Shown: positions 29,531-38,539 of the stretch, in pieces | Layout: the number at the start of each line of letters is the position of its first letter | Numbering within the stretch: position 1 is the stretch's first letter | From: Acidobacteria bacterium RIFCSPLOWO2_12_FULL_67_14b | GTDB lineage: Bacteria > Acidobacteriota > Vicinamibacteria > Vicinamibacterales > UBA2999 | Reading direction: 5' to 3' | Assembly (NCBI GenBank): GCA_001768615.1 | Contig: MELE01000027.1 | Span: 52,778-116,777 of the forward strand | Length of the DNA stretch: 64,000 bases | Notes under the pieces: model-generated | Databases searched by the model: none | What the model was told of the DNA's origin: nothing | The model's input: only the letters and a program-made list of their open reading frames with translations | Program-made: the position numbers and the translations under genes

Positions 29531-30481
29531 ATGGAATTGGCGATCGAGTTCACGAACGTCAGGAAGAATTACGGGCCCGTCGAAGCCCTGCGGGACGTGT
29601 CGTTCAGCGTCCAGCGCGGCGAGATGTTCGGGCTGATCGGTCCGGACGGGGCGGGGAAGACCACCGCGATCCGCGCCATGTGCGGCCTCCTCCATGTGGA
29701 TGGCGGGGCGATCCGTGTGCTCGGCAGGGACCCGGTGAAGCAACACCGCGCCATCACCGGATCGGTGGGCTATCTCTCGCAGCGCTTCAGCCTGTACGGC
29801 GACCTCAGCATCGACGAGAATATCGCGTTCTTCGCGGAGATCCACGGCGTGCGCGACTACCGAACTCGGCGCAACGCGTTGCTCGACATGATGCAGCTCA
29901 CGCCCTTTCGCCGGCGGCTGGCCGACCAGTTGTCGGGCGGCATGAAGCAGAAGCTGGCGCTGGCGTGCACGCTGGTCCACGAGCCGCAGGTGATTCTGCT
30001 CGACGAGCCGACCACCGGGGTCGATCCGGTCTCGCGCCGCGAGTTCTGGAAGCTGCTCTCGAAGTTCCTGTCCACCGGGATCACGATCCTGATGTCGACG
30101 CCGTATCTTGACGAAGCCGAACGGTGCGCGCGAATCGTCCTGCTGCACGAAGGCCAGGTGCTGGCGCTCGACGAGCCGGGCCGGCTGCGATCGAGCCTCT
30201 CCGGCACGCTGCTCGAAGTGGTGACGGCGGCGCCGCGGGAGGCGCTGACGCGGCTGCGCGAGCGCGGCGGCCTGGCCAGCGCGCAAGTGTTCGGGGATCG
30301 GCTGCACGTCTGGATGCGCCACGACGACGCGCCGGGGGCCGAGGCCGCGTTCCGGGAGGCGGCCACGCGCGCGCAGGTCGATCCAACCGGCGTCCGCGTG
30401 ATCGTGCCATCGCTCGAAGACGTGTTCATCGCCAAGCTCAACACCGACTCTTCCTCTTCACGCGAGACCACAGCGTCATGA
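29531..30481 (+). CDS. ABC transporter ATP-binding protein (YbhF-like, first NBD)
   Basis: Walker A GPDGAGKTT, signature LSGGMKQK, Walker B ILLDEPT. The ATG at 29531 lies inside ORF 29267..30481. Confidence 0.9.
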   Translation: MELAIEFTNVRKNYGPVEALRDVSFSVQRGEMFGLIGPDGAGKTTAIRAMCGLLHVDGGAIRVLGRDPVKQHRAITGSVGYLSQRFSLYGDLSIDENIAFFAEIHGVRDYRTRRNALLDMMQLTPFRRRLADQLSGGMKQKLALACTLVHEPQVILLDEPTTGVDPVSRREFWKLLSKFLSTGITILMSTPYLDEAERCARIVLLHEGQVLALDEPGRLRSSLSGTLLEVVTAAPREALTRLRERGGLASAQVFGDRLHVWMRHDDAPGAEAAFREAATRAQVDPTGVRVIVPSLEDVFIAKLNTDSSSSRETTAS

Positions 30482-31806
30482 TCCGCATCACATTCACTCT
30501 TGCTCTCGTGTTCGTCTGCCTGGGATGGCCTACGGGTTCGTTTGGGCAGTCTGCTCCGATCCGGCTCACGCTGGCGGACGCCGTCGCGCGCGGCTTCGAG
30601 ACCAGCCACCGCCTGGCCGAAGTCAAAGCGCGCGAACAGGGCGCGCAGGCGGCCGTGCGCGGGGCGCAGGCGGCCGACAAGCCGATGGTGACGGCCACCG
30701 CCGGCTACTCGCGGACGAACCACGTGCCGGAGTTCGCGTTCGTTCAGCCATCGGGCAACCGGCTCGTGGTGTATCCCGACATTCCGGACAACGTGGTCAC
30801 GCGCGTGGCCTTCCAATGGCCGATCTACACGTCGGGCCGCGTTGATGCGATGGAGCGCGCGGCGACGGCGGAGGCGCAGGCGATTGCGGCGGACATCGAC
30901 ACCGCGCGGGCGGACTTGCGGCTGGAGATCGTGCGGGCGTATTGGGCGGTGGCGACGGCGCGCGAGGCGGTGCGGGTCCTCGAAGAGGCGGCGACGCGCG
31001 CCGACGCGCAGCTGGCCGACTCGAAGCGGCGCTTCGAGGTCGGGCTGATTCCACCAAACGAGGTGTCCGCGCTCGAGGCACAGCGGTCGCGCGAGCGCGC
31101 GCAACTGATCGAGGCCGGGAACATCCGGGAATCGACGCTGATCGATCTCCGGCGGTTGACTGGCCTTGATCCCGATACGGTAATCGACATTGCGGACCGA
31201 CTGGACGCAGGATTGGCAAACCCGTCGAACCCGTCGAATCCGATCCAGGAGGCGCTCGACCAGCGGCCTGAACGGAAAGCGCTGACCCTGCGGCTGGGTG
31301 GCCTCGAGGCGCGGCAGCAGGCCGCCATGACCGGCACGAAGCCGACCATCGGCGTCGGCGCCGGGGTCGATTACGCGAACCCCAACCCGCGGGTCTTTCC
31401 GCGCAAGGGGGAGTGGCAGGAGTCGTGGGACGTGTCGGTGAGCGTCAGCTGGGCGTTTTGGGATTCTGGCCGCACGAAGGCGCAGGTGGCGGAAGCGGCG
31501 GCGGCCGTCGCGGCCACGCGCGAGCGGATTGCCGAGTTTGACTCCGTGGTCGCGGCCGATGTGCGGCAGCGGCTGCTCGAGATCGATTCCGGCGCCGCGA
31601 TGATCCAGGCGGCCACCGACGCCGTGCGCAGCGGCGCCGAGGCCCGGCGCGTGGTGGCCGATCGATTCACGGCCGGCGTGGCGACGGCGACCGACGTGCT
31701 CGTGGCTCAAGTGGCGCTGCTCGAAAGCGAGCTGGCGCGCACGCGGGCGCTGGCAAACCTGCGGCTCGCCGAAGCGCGTCTGCACCGCGCCCTTGGGAAA
31801 TCCTGA
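30478..31806 (+). CDS. TolC-family outer membrane efflux protein
   Basis: The ATG overlaps the upstream stop (ATGA). Signal peptide MIRITFTLALVFVCLG and repeated OEP-type helical halves. Confidence 0.85.
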   Translation: MIRITFTLALVFVCLGWPTGSFGQSAPIRLTLADAVARGFETSHRLAEVKAREQGAQAAVRGAQAADKPMVTATAGYSRTNHVPEFAFVQPSGNRLVVYPDIPDNVVTRVAFQWPIYTSGRVDAMERAATAEAQAIAADIDTARADLRLEIVRAYWAVATAREAVRVLEEAATRADAQLADSKRRFEVGLIPPNEVSALEAQRSRERAQLIEAGNIRESTLIDLRRLTGLDPDTVIDIADRLDAGLANPSNPSNPIQEALDQRPERKALTLRLGGLEARQQAAMTGTKPTIGVGAGVDYANPNPRVFPRKGEWQESWDVSVSVSWAFWDSGRTKAQVAEAAAAVAATRERIAEFDSVVAADVRQRLLEIDSGAAMIQAATDAVRSGAEARRVVADRFTAGVATATDVLVAQVALLESELARTRALANLRLAEARLHRALGKS

Positions 31807-31807
31807 G

Positions 31808-32752
31808 ATGACGTCCGGGCCCCTCGCGATCGACGTTCGCGGACTATCGCGCAAGTTCGGCGCGTTTACCGCCGTGGACGACGTGTCGTTTTCGGTCCGG
31901 CAGGGCGAGATCTTCGGCTTCCTGGGTGCCAACGGCGCCGGCAAGTCCACGACCATCCGCATGCTCTGCGGCCTGCTGCGGCCGACGAGTGGCACCGCCA
32001 TCGTCGGCGGCGTCGATGTGCGCCGTGATCCCGAGGGCGTGAAGCGGCGCATCGGCTACATGTCGCAGAAGTTCTCGCTGTACGAGCTGCTCACGGTGGA
32101 CGAGAACATCCGGTTCTTCGGCGGCATCTACGGCCTTTCCGCCGATCGGCTCGAGCAACGCCGCCGGTTCGTGGTGGAGATGGCGGGGCTGCACGGCCGC
32201 GAGCACACGCTCGCCAGCCAGCTTCCCGGCGGCTGGCGCCAGCGGCTGGCGCTCGGGTGCGCGATCCTCCACGAGCCGTCGATCGTATTTCTCGACGAGC
32301 CTACCGGCGGCGTCGATCCGCTCTCGCGCCGGCGATTCTGGGATCTGATCGGCGGGCTCTCGGACCAGGGCGTGACGGTGCTGGTGACCACGCATTACCT
32401 GGACGAGGCGGAGCACTGCCATCGGCTGGCGATCATCCATGCCGGGCGGCTCGCGGCGCTGGGCACCGCCGGCGAGTTGAAGCAGGTCTTCGCGTCACGG
32501 CCCATCATCGAGATCCAGGCCGCGCGTCCGGTTGAGGCGATGCGCGTGCTCGACGCGCTGCCGGAGGTCGAGAAGACCAGCCTGTTCGGGACCTCGGTGC
32601 ATGCCGTGGTCCGCGACGCCGGCACGGCCCCCGAGGCGCTGGCCCGCGCGCTGCGCGCCGCCGGCGTCGACGCCGGTTCGGCGGCGGTGGTGTCGCCGTC
32701 ACTCGAGGATGTGTTTCTCGACGTGGTCGAGCGCATCGGAGCCCCGGCATGA
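31808..32752 (+). CDS. ABC transporter ATP-binding protein (second NBD)
   Basis: Walker A GANGAGKST, signature LPGGWRQR, Walker B VFLDEPT. Confidence 0.9.
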   Translation: MTSGPLAIDVRGLSRKFGAFTAVDDVSFSVRQGEIFGFLGANGAGKSTTIRMLCGLLRPTSGTAIVGGVDVRRDPEGVKRRIGYMSQKFSLYELLTVDENIRFFGGIYGLSADRLEQRRRFVVEMAGLHGREHTLASQLPGGWRQRLALGCAILHEPSIVFLDEPTGGVDPLSRRRFWDLIGGLSDQGVTVLVTTHYLDEAEHCHRLAIIHAGRLAALGTAGELKQVFASRPIIEIQAARPVEAMRVLDALPEVEKTSLFGTSVHAVVRDAGTAPEALARALRAAGVDAGSAAVVSPSLEDVFLDVVERIGAPA

Positions 32753-33879
32753 TCCGCACCGCGCTGGCCGTCGGCTCGAAGGAACTCCGGCAGATCCTCC
32801 GCGATCGGCGGACGCTGCTGATCCTGCTGTTCATCCCGGCCTTGTTCCTGTTGCTCTACGGCTACGCGCTCAACTTCGACATCCGCCACGTGCGGCTGGC
32901 GGTCCAGGATCGCGACCGCAGCGCCACGAGCCGCGAGCTGGTGTCGGCGTTTGTCAACTCCGACTATTTCGAGCTGGTGGGTTACGTCGACTCGGACGCC
33001 GAGATCGCGCGGTTGATTGATCGGCAGGAGGCGCGTGCGGTGGTGTCGATCCCGCCGGGCTTCGAACACGACATCGCGGTGAAGCGCCCGGTCGTGGTCC
33101 AGGTGATCATCGACGGCGACAACGCCAACACCGCGTCCGCGGTCGCCGGGTACGCGCGGCTGCTCATCACCGAGTACGGCTCGGCGAAGATGATCGCGTC
33201 GATCACGGAGCCCGGAGCCCGGAGCCCGGTGGCCACGATCACGATCGAACCGCGGATCTGGTACAACCCGCAACTGCGCAGCACGCTGTTCCTCGTCCCC
33301 GGCCTGATCGCCTACATCTCGATGATCACGGCCGTGGTGTCGACGGCGCTGTCGGTCGTGCGCGAGAAGGAACGCGGCACGATGGAGCAGGTGAGGATGG
33401 CGCCGGTCAACCCGGTGTCGTACATCCTCGGCAAGACGCTGCCGTACCTCGCCATCTCCTTCGTGTCGGCGATCATGATCATCTTCACGGCGATGGTGCT
33501 GTTCGACCTGCCGATGCGGGGGTCGTGGGGTCTACTGTGCATCGTGATTGGCCTGTTCCTGATCGGCGCCCAGGCACAGGGCCTGCTGATTTCGACGGTG
33601 GCGCAGACGCAGCAGGTGGCGTTCCAGATGGCGCTGCTGTCGTCGTTTTTGCCCACGTTCATCCTGTCGGGCTTCATCTTTCCGATCTCGAGCATGCCGG
33701 GCGTGATCCAGGCGATCACGTACCTCGTGCCGGCCCGCTACTTCCTGGTGGCCCTGCGCGCGATCGTGCTGAAGGGCGCGTCGATTGCGGCGTTCTGGGA
33801 GGACATGGTGGCACTGGCGATCTTTGCGACCGTGGCGCTCACGCTGGCGTCGCTCCGACTGAGGCGCGAATGGGCCTGA
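32749..33879 (+). CDS. ABC-2 type transporter permease
   Basis: 376 aa, with an N-terminal TM segment, a large periplasmic loop and a C-terminal 5-TM ABC-2 core. 4-nt overlap with the upstream gene. Confidence 0.85.
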   Translation: MIRTALAVGSKELRQILRDRRTLLILLFIPALFLLLYGYALNFDIRHVRLAVQDRDRSATSRELVSAFVNSDYFELVGYVDSDAEIARLIDRQEARAVVSIPPGFEHDIAVKRPVVVQVIIDGDNANTASAVAGYARLLITEYGSAKMIASITEPGARSPVATITIEPRIWYNPQLRSTLFLVPGLIAYISMITAVVSTALSVVREKERGTMEQVRMAPVNPVSYILGKTLPYLAISFVSAIMIIFTAMVLFDLPMRGSWGLLCIVIGLFLIGAQAQGLLISTVAQTQQVAFQMALLSSFLPTFILSGFIFPISSMPGVIQAITYLVPARYFLVALRAIVLKGASIAAFWEDMVALAIFATVALTLASLRLRREWA

Positions 33880-34994
33880 GGCGCCTCGGGCACCTGATCC
33901 GCAAGGAGCTGCTCGAGCTGCGGCAGGACCCGCGGCTGTTCGGCGTCGTGATCATGGCGCCGATCATCCAGCTGGCGGTGCTCGGCTATGCCGCCACCAC
34001 CGACGTCAAGGACATCCCGATCGTCATTGTCGACGCCGACCGATCGGCCGAGAGCCGCGACCTGATCCATCGCTTCGAGGCGTCGGCGAACTTCAACATC
34101 GTCGGGCTGCTCGGGTCGACCTCCGGGATCGATCCCTACCTGGATCGCGGCGACGCATGGATGGCGCTCAGCATCCCGCCCGACTACGGCCACCAGATTG
34201 CCTCCGCTCGCCAGACCTCGTTGCAGGTGGTGGCGGACGGCACCGACTCCAACTCCACGACCGTCGCCCTCGGCTACGCGCAGGCGCTCGTTGGCGGCTA
34301 CATGCAGGAGCTGGCGGCGGCCCAATCGCCGGGGGCGCCGGCCGGCGGGCTGGTGCAGCCGGAGATCCGCATCTGGTTCAATCCCAGGCTCGAGAGCCGC
34401 GACTTCATGATCCCGGGCATCGTGGCGCTGCTGCTGCTGGTGGTGACCACCAACCTGTCGGCGATGGCGATCGTGCGCGAGAAGGAAGTGGGCACGCTCG
34501 AGCAGCTCAACGTCACGCCGCTGGCGCGATGGGAGCTGATCGCCGGCAAGATGCTGCCCTACGCGATGATCGGGGTCATCGACGTCGTGCTGGTCCTGAT
34601 CGTGTCGATCTACTGGTTCGAGGTCCCCATGCGCGGCAGCATCCCGCTGCTGTTTGCGATGAGCCTCGTCTACCTGATGTCGACCCTCGGCCTCGGCCTG
34701 TTCATCTCGTCGATCTCGCAGACGCAGCAGCAGGCGATGATGACGGCGACGTTCTTCTTCCTGACTCCGATGATCTACCTGTCGGGGTTCATCTTCCCGA
34801 TCGAGAACATGCCGGGCTGGATCCAGCCGCTGACGTTCCTGATTCCGCTGCGCTACTTCCTCGTGATTGTCCGGGGCATCTTCCTGAAGGGCGTGGGGCT
34901 GGAGACCTTCTGGCCGCAGGCGCTCGCGCTGTTCACGTGGGGGGCTGTCGTGCTCACCCTGGCTACGCTAAGATCGTCGAAGCGTTTGGGCTAG
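33870..34994 (+). CDS. ABC-2 type transporter permease (paralogue)
   Basis: ATG at 33870 (MGLRRLGHLIRKELLELRQDPRLF) inside ORF 33525..34994. Same architecture as 32749..33879. Confidence 0.85.
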   Translation: MGLRRLGHLIRKELLELRQDPRLFGVVIMAPIIQLAVLGYAATTDVKDIPIVIVDADRSAESRDLIHRFEASANFNIVGLLGSTSGIDPYLDRGDAWMALSIPPDYGHQIASARQTSLQVVADGTDSNSTTVALGYAQALVGGYMQELAAAQSPGAPAGGLVQPEIRIWFNPRLESRDFMIPGIVALLLLVVTTNLSAMAIVREKEVGTLEQLNVTPLARWELIAGKMLPYAMIGVIDVVLVLIVSIYWFEVPMRGSIPLLFAMSLVYLMSTLGLGLFISSISQTQQQAMMTATFFFLTPMIYLSGFIFPIENMPGWIQPLTFLIPLRYFLVIVRGIFLKGVGLETFWPQALALFTWGAVVLTLATLRSSKRLG

Positions 34995-35007
34995 TGAGGA
35001 ACTCCTT

Positions 35008-36231
35008 TTGCCGCACCGCCTAGCGTACATACTGGTCGTAATGAGCGGCCTGGCCGCGTGTGGCGGGTCATCCCCGACACCCACCGCGCCGACCACAACC
35101 ACGCCGCCTGCCGCCGTGCCACCGGTCCCGACCGGCGCCGCACCCGTGACGCAGATTCCCGGGTGTGCAGGCGCCGGCACCACGCTGTTCGACGCGCTGC
35201 CGGTGGCGCTGGCCGACTTCCTGGCCTTCCGTCCGCTGGGCTTCCTGTCGCCACCGATCCACATGTTCCCGGCGAAGCACTCGGCGTTCGGCATGTCGAT
35301 GCCTGGCACCGTCGCGCCGAAGGTGCCGATTCGCGCCCCGGGCAGGGTCTGGGTGAAAGAGATCTGGGAAGCGACCTTCAGCACCGGCGGCGCGAACTAC
35401 CAGGTCTACGTGTATCCCTGCAACGACGTACGCGTGTACTTCGGTCACCTGGCGACGCTGTCTGAGAAGTTACTGACGGAAATGCAGAAGGTCCCGGCTT
35501 CCTGCAATTCGTTCGCGGACGGCACGGCGCTGGTGACGACGTGCCGCCATCTCGACATGGCCGTTCCGCTGGAATCGAACGAGGCCATGGGCACCGGGCC
35601 CGACACGGCCGGTGTCGACTTCGGGCTCGTCGACTTCCGGCGCTCACCGGCGGCCTTCATCCGGCTGGAACACTACGATCATTTCTATCCGTACTGGGCT
35701 TCGCCGCTCGACTACTTCACGGCCGACGTGAGGACCCAGCTCGCCGCCAGGACCGGCAGCGTGTTCGGGTCGCCGTTGCGCACCGCGAGTCCGATCGGCG
35801 GCAGCCACGCGCAGGACGTTGCCGGCACCGCCCAGGGCAACTGGTTTCCCCCCGGCGTGTACCACGCCAACACCACCGACCTTGGCCCGATGCTGGGCCT
35901 GGCCAGCGACTACGTCGACCCGTCGCAGCCGATCATGGCGATCGGCAGTTCCATCCGCGGGATGGCGATGGGCCTCTATTCTTTCAGCGTCGAATCGCAG
36001 GGCCTGACCAACCGCGCGTTTCGTGCCGTCACGGCCGATGGCAATACCTACTGCTTCGATCGATTCAGGTCTGGGCAGTCGGTGGGCGGCTTGCCGCTTC
36101 GCCAGCCGGCCGGCGTGCTGCTGATGTCGATGCCGGGCGACTCGACGCTGAGGGTCGAGCTGGCGCCAGGAAGCTCGTGCGCGTCGGCGAGCCGGGCATT
36201 CACCGTCGGCGCGTCGACGTTCGAGCGATAA
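35008..36231 (+). CDS. hypothetical lipoprotein
   Basis: TTG start with GAGGA 7 nt upstream. Lipobox MSGLAAC followed by a Pro/Thr-rich linker. No family confidently recognised. Confidence 0.65.
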   Translation: MPHRLAYILVVMSGLAACGGSSPTPTAPTTTTPPAAVPPVPTGAAPVTQIPGCAGAGTTLFDALPVALADFLAFRPLGFLSPPIHMFPAKHSAFGMSMPGTVAPKVPIRAPGRVWVKEIWEATFSTGGANYQVYVYPCNDVRVYFGHLATLSEKLLTEMQKVPASCNSFADGTALVTTCRHLDMAVPLESNEAMGTGPDTAGVDFGLVDFRRSPAAFIRLEHYDHFYPYWASPLDYFTADVRTQLAARTGSVFGSPLRTASPIGGSHAQDVAGTAQGNWFPPGVYHANTTDLGPMLGLASDYVDPSQPIMAIGSSIRGMAMGLYSFSVESQGLTNRAFRAVTADGNTYCFDRFRSGQSVGGLPLRQPAGVLLMSMPGDSTLRVELAPGSSCASASRAFTVGASTFER

Positions 36232-36338
36232 GAGACCACGAAGTTCACGAAGATCATCACGAAGACCGCGAAGCGCCTCTTGCTCAAAATGCCTTCGTGA
36301 TCTTCGTGGTTGCCTTCGTGATCTTCGTGGTTTCTTCT
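36231..36338. repeat. ACCACGAAG-word hairpin element, copy 2
   Basis: AGAGACCACGAAGTTCACGAAGATCATCACGAAGACCGCGAAG, loop, then CCTTCGTGATCTTCGTGGTTGCCTTCGTGATCTTCGTGGTTTCTTCT. It lies between convergent genes and touches both stop codons. Confidence 0.9.
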
Positions 36339-37635
36339 AAGATGCCTGGGCGGCGCGCACGCCCTCTTCCTCATCCACCAGGCTCAACACCCATGCGCCG
36401 GCGACGAAGAACCCGAGGATCGCCAGGATGGCGGCGTGGCTCGATCCCGTGATCGACACGCTGAGCGTGAACACCAGCGGACCGAGCACGGTGGCGAACC
36501 GTTCGGCGACGGCAAAGAACCCGAAGTACTCCGACGTGCGATCGGCGGGCACCATCCGCGAGAACAGCGCGCGGCTGAGCGCCTGCGCGCCGCCCTGGAC
36601 GGTGGCGATCATGGCCGCCAGGATGAAGAAGTGCGTGACCGTGGTCATGAAGTACGCGAGCACGGTGGCGAGCGCGTAGACCGCGATAGCGATGAAGATC
36701 GCGCGCTTGGTGCCGATGCGCACCCCCAGCGAGCCGAAAATGAACGAGAACGGGATCCCGAGGAACTGCACCATCACGAACGCCGCGATCTGCGCGGTCT
36801 GCTCGACGCCGACCTCCGCCCCGTAGACGCCGGCCATCCGGATGATGGTCTGGATACCGTCCTGATAGAGCAGCATGGCCAGGAACAGCAGGAACGCGTT
36901 GCGGTACTTCCGGATTTCCCGGAACGTCGTCGCCAGCCTGGTGAAGGCGGCGATGATGGCGACCCCGGATTCGCCATCGGGCCGCGGATGCCTGGGCGGC
37001 TCGGGGACCACGCGAAACAGCGGCAGCGAGAAGACCGCCCACCAGACGGCCACCGACACGAACGACGCGCGAATCGCCGATACCGTGCTGCCGAAGCCAA
37101 ATGCGTCGGGTTTGAGGATCCACGCGAGATTGATCAGCAGCAGGATGCCGCCGCCGATGTAGCCCATCGCGTAGCCCGCCGACGACACGCGGTCGGTCTC
37201 CCTGGCCTTCGCGACGTGCGGCAGCAGCGAGTCGTAGAAGACGATCGACCCGGACACGCCGACGTTGGCGATGAAGAACAGCACGGACGCGAGCGTGAGG
37301 TCGCCTTCGCCGATGAACACCATCGCCGCGCAGGCCGTGACGCCGATGGCGAGGAACACCGAGAGCAGCCGCTTCTTGGCGCCGCTGTGATCGGCCAGCG
37401 CCCCCAGCACCGGCGCGGAGATGGCGATGGTCGCCATCGAGATGGTGGTGACCAGCCCGAAGCGCGCGGTCGCCTCCGCCGGCGCGAGGCCGGCGGCGGC
37501 GTAGGTCGCATAGAAACTCGGGAAGACGGCGGTGACGACGGTGGTGAAGAAGGCGGAGTTGGCCCAGTCGTACCACGCCCAGGCGCGCTGCTCGGGCGTC
37601 ACGAGGCCCACGCGGGCCATCAGCCGGGCGATCAT
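36337..37635 (-). CDS. MFS transporter (UMF1/Atg22-like)
   Basis: 432 aa, about 12 TM segments, N-terminus EQRAWAWYDWANSAF typical of the UMF1 family. Confidence 0.8.
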   Translation of the reverse strand: MIARLMARVGLVTPEQRAWAWYDWANSAFFTTVVTAVFPSFYATYAAAGLAPAEATARFGLVTTISMATIAISAPVLGALADHSGAKKRLLSVFLAIGVTACAAMVFIGEGDLTLASVLFFIANVGVSGSIVFYDSLLPHVAKARETDRVSSAGYAMGYIGGGILLLINLAWILKPDAFGFGSTVSAIRASFVSVAVWWAVFSLPLFRVVPEPPRHPRPDGESGVAIIAAFTRLATTFREIRKYRNAFLLFLAMLLYQDGIQTIIRMAGVYGAEVGVEQTAQIAAFVMVQFLGIPFSFIFGSLGVRIGTKRAIFIAIAVYALATVLAYFMTTVTHFFILAAMIATVQGGAQALSRALFSRMVPADRTSEYFGFFAVAERFATVLGPLVFTLSVSITGSSHAAILAILGFFVAGAWVLSLVDEEEGVRAAQAS

Positions 37636-37660
37636 GCCGGGACATCATAGACGATGTCCC

Positions 37661-37736
37661 AAAGCAAACCACGAAGGTCACGAAGGCTTTAGATCAACTT
37701 GTCTTCGTGATCTTCGTGGTCTTCGTGGTTGTCTTT
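37661..37736. repeat. ACCACGAAG-word hairpin element, copy 3
   Basis: AAAGCAAACCACGAAGGTCACGAAGG, loop ctttagatcaacttgt, then CTTCGTGATCTTCGTGGTCTTCGTGGTTGTCTTT. Confidence 0.9.
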
Positions 37737-38499
37737 AGCGCCGAATCGACACACTGCCGCTGAACGTCTTCAACCTGAAATCGCCCGCGCCGCCGCCGTT
37801 GAGCGATCCGCGGAAGTTGCGGCGGCTGCTGGTGGTCAGCGTGACCGGCAGGTCGCTGTTGAAGTGGCCGCTGAAACTATTGAAGTCGATTTCCCCTCGC
37901 GCGCTCGCCGGCAGCTGCAGCGTTACGTCGCCGCTGAACGTGTTGACGTCGATGTTGTTGCCGTCGGCCCACTCGGCGGCCTCGATGCGGATGTCGGAAC
38001 TGAACCCATCGATGTCCTGGTTCCCGTTCACGCCGGTCACGGTGACCGGCGCGCTGAACGTCTTGAGGTCCAGCCGCGTGCGGGCGGGGACCTGGATCTC
38101 GAAGTCGGTCTCGACCACGTTGTCGTTGCGGCGCTCGACGATGCGATGGTTGGCGTCGACCTCGATGGTGCTGCCGCTCTGGGTAATCTCGAGCTTGATG
38201 TCGTCGAGCCGGTCCTTTCTGGCGCGGCGGACGGCGTGGATCACGACCTGGTCGCCGGAGCCCCCGGTGATGCGCACGCGGCCCGAGAAGGTCTTCAGCC
38301 GCAGCGTGCCCCCGGGCTGCAGCGTGAGCGTCCGGTCCACGGTTTCCGTGTTGGTCTGGGCCGCCCCTTCGGCTCGGCTCGGTCGCGGTGCGACCGACGC
38401 CTCGCTCAGGGCAGGCAGCGGGGACGCCAGGACAAGGGCGAGTAGCAATGTGTAGGGACAAACCTTCAGGTTTGTCCAAATCGAGCGGGTCATGGTCAC
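37735..38499 (-). CDS. DUF4097-like putative adhesin (beta-helical repeats), secreted
   Basis: Signal peptide, then repeated motifs TFSGRVRI / TFSAPVTV / TFSGDVTL / SFSGHFNS / TFSGSVSI. Confidence 0.75.
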   Translation of the reverse strand: MTMTRSIWTNLKVCPYTLLLALVLASPLPALSEASVAPRPSRAEGAAQTNTETVDRTLTLQPGGTLRLKTFSGRVRITGGSGDQVVIHAVRRARKDRLDDIKLEITQSGSTIEVDANHRIVERRNDNVVETDFEIQVPARTRLDLKTFSAPVTVTGVNGNQDIDGFSSDIRIEAAEWADGNNIDVNTFSGDVTLQLPASARGEIDFNSFSGHFNSDLPVTLTTSSRRNFRGSLNGGGAGDFRLKTFSGSVSIRR

Positions 38500-38539
38500 C
38501 TCGCAGAAAATAGACGAGACCGGGGCCCGGAGGGTTGCC

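Noticed and set aside
35008-36231. LytM/M23-like peptidase assignment for the lipoprotein (segment PIRAPGRVWV...YVYPCNDVRVYFGHL resembles the M23 core)
   Set aside because: The catalytic HxxxD and HxH motifs are not identifiable by eye. The resemblance is too weak without a profile search, so it is left as hypothetical.
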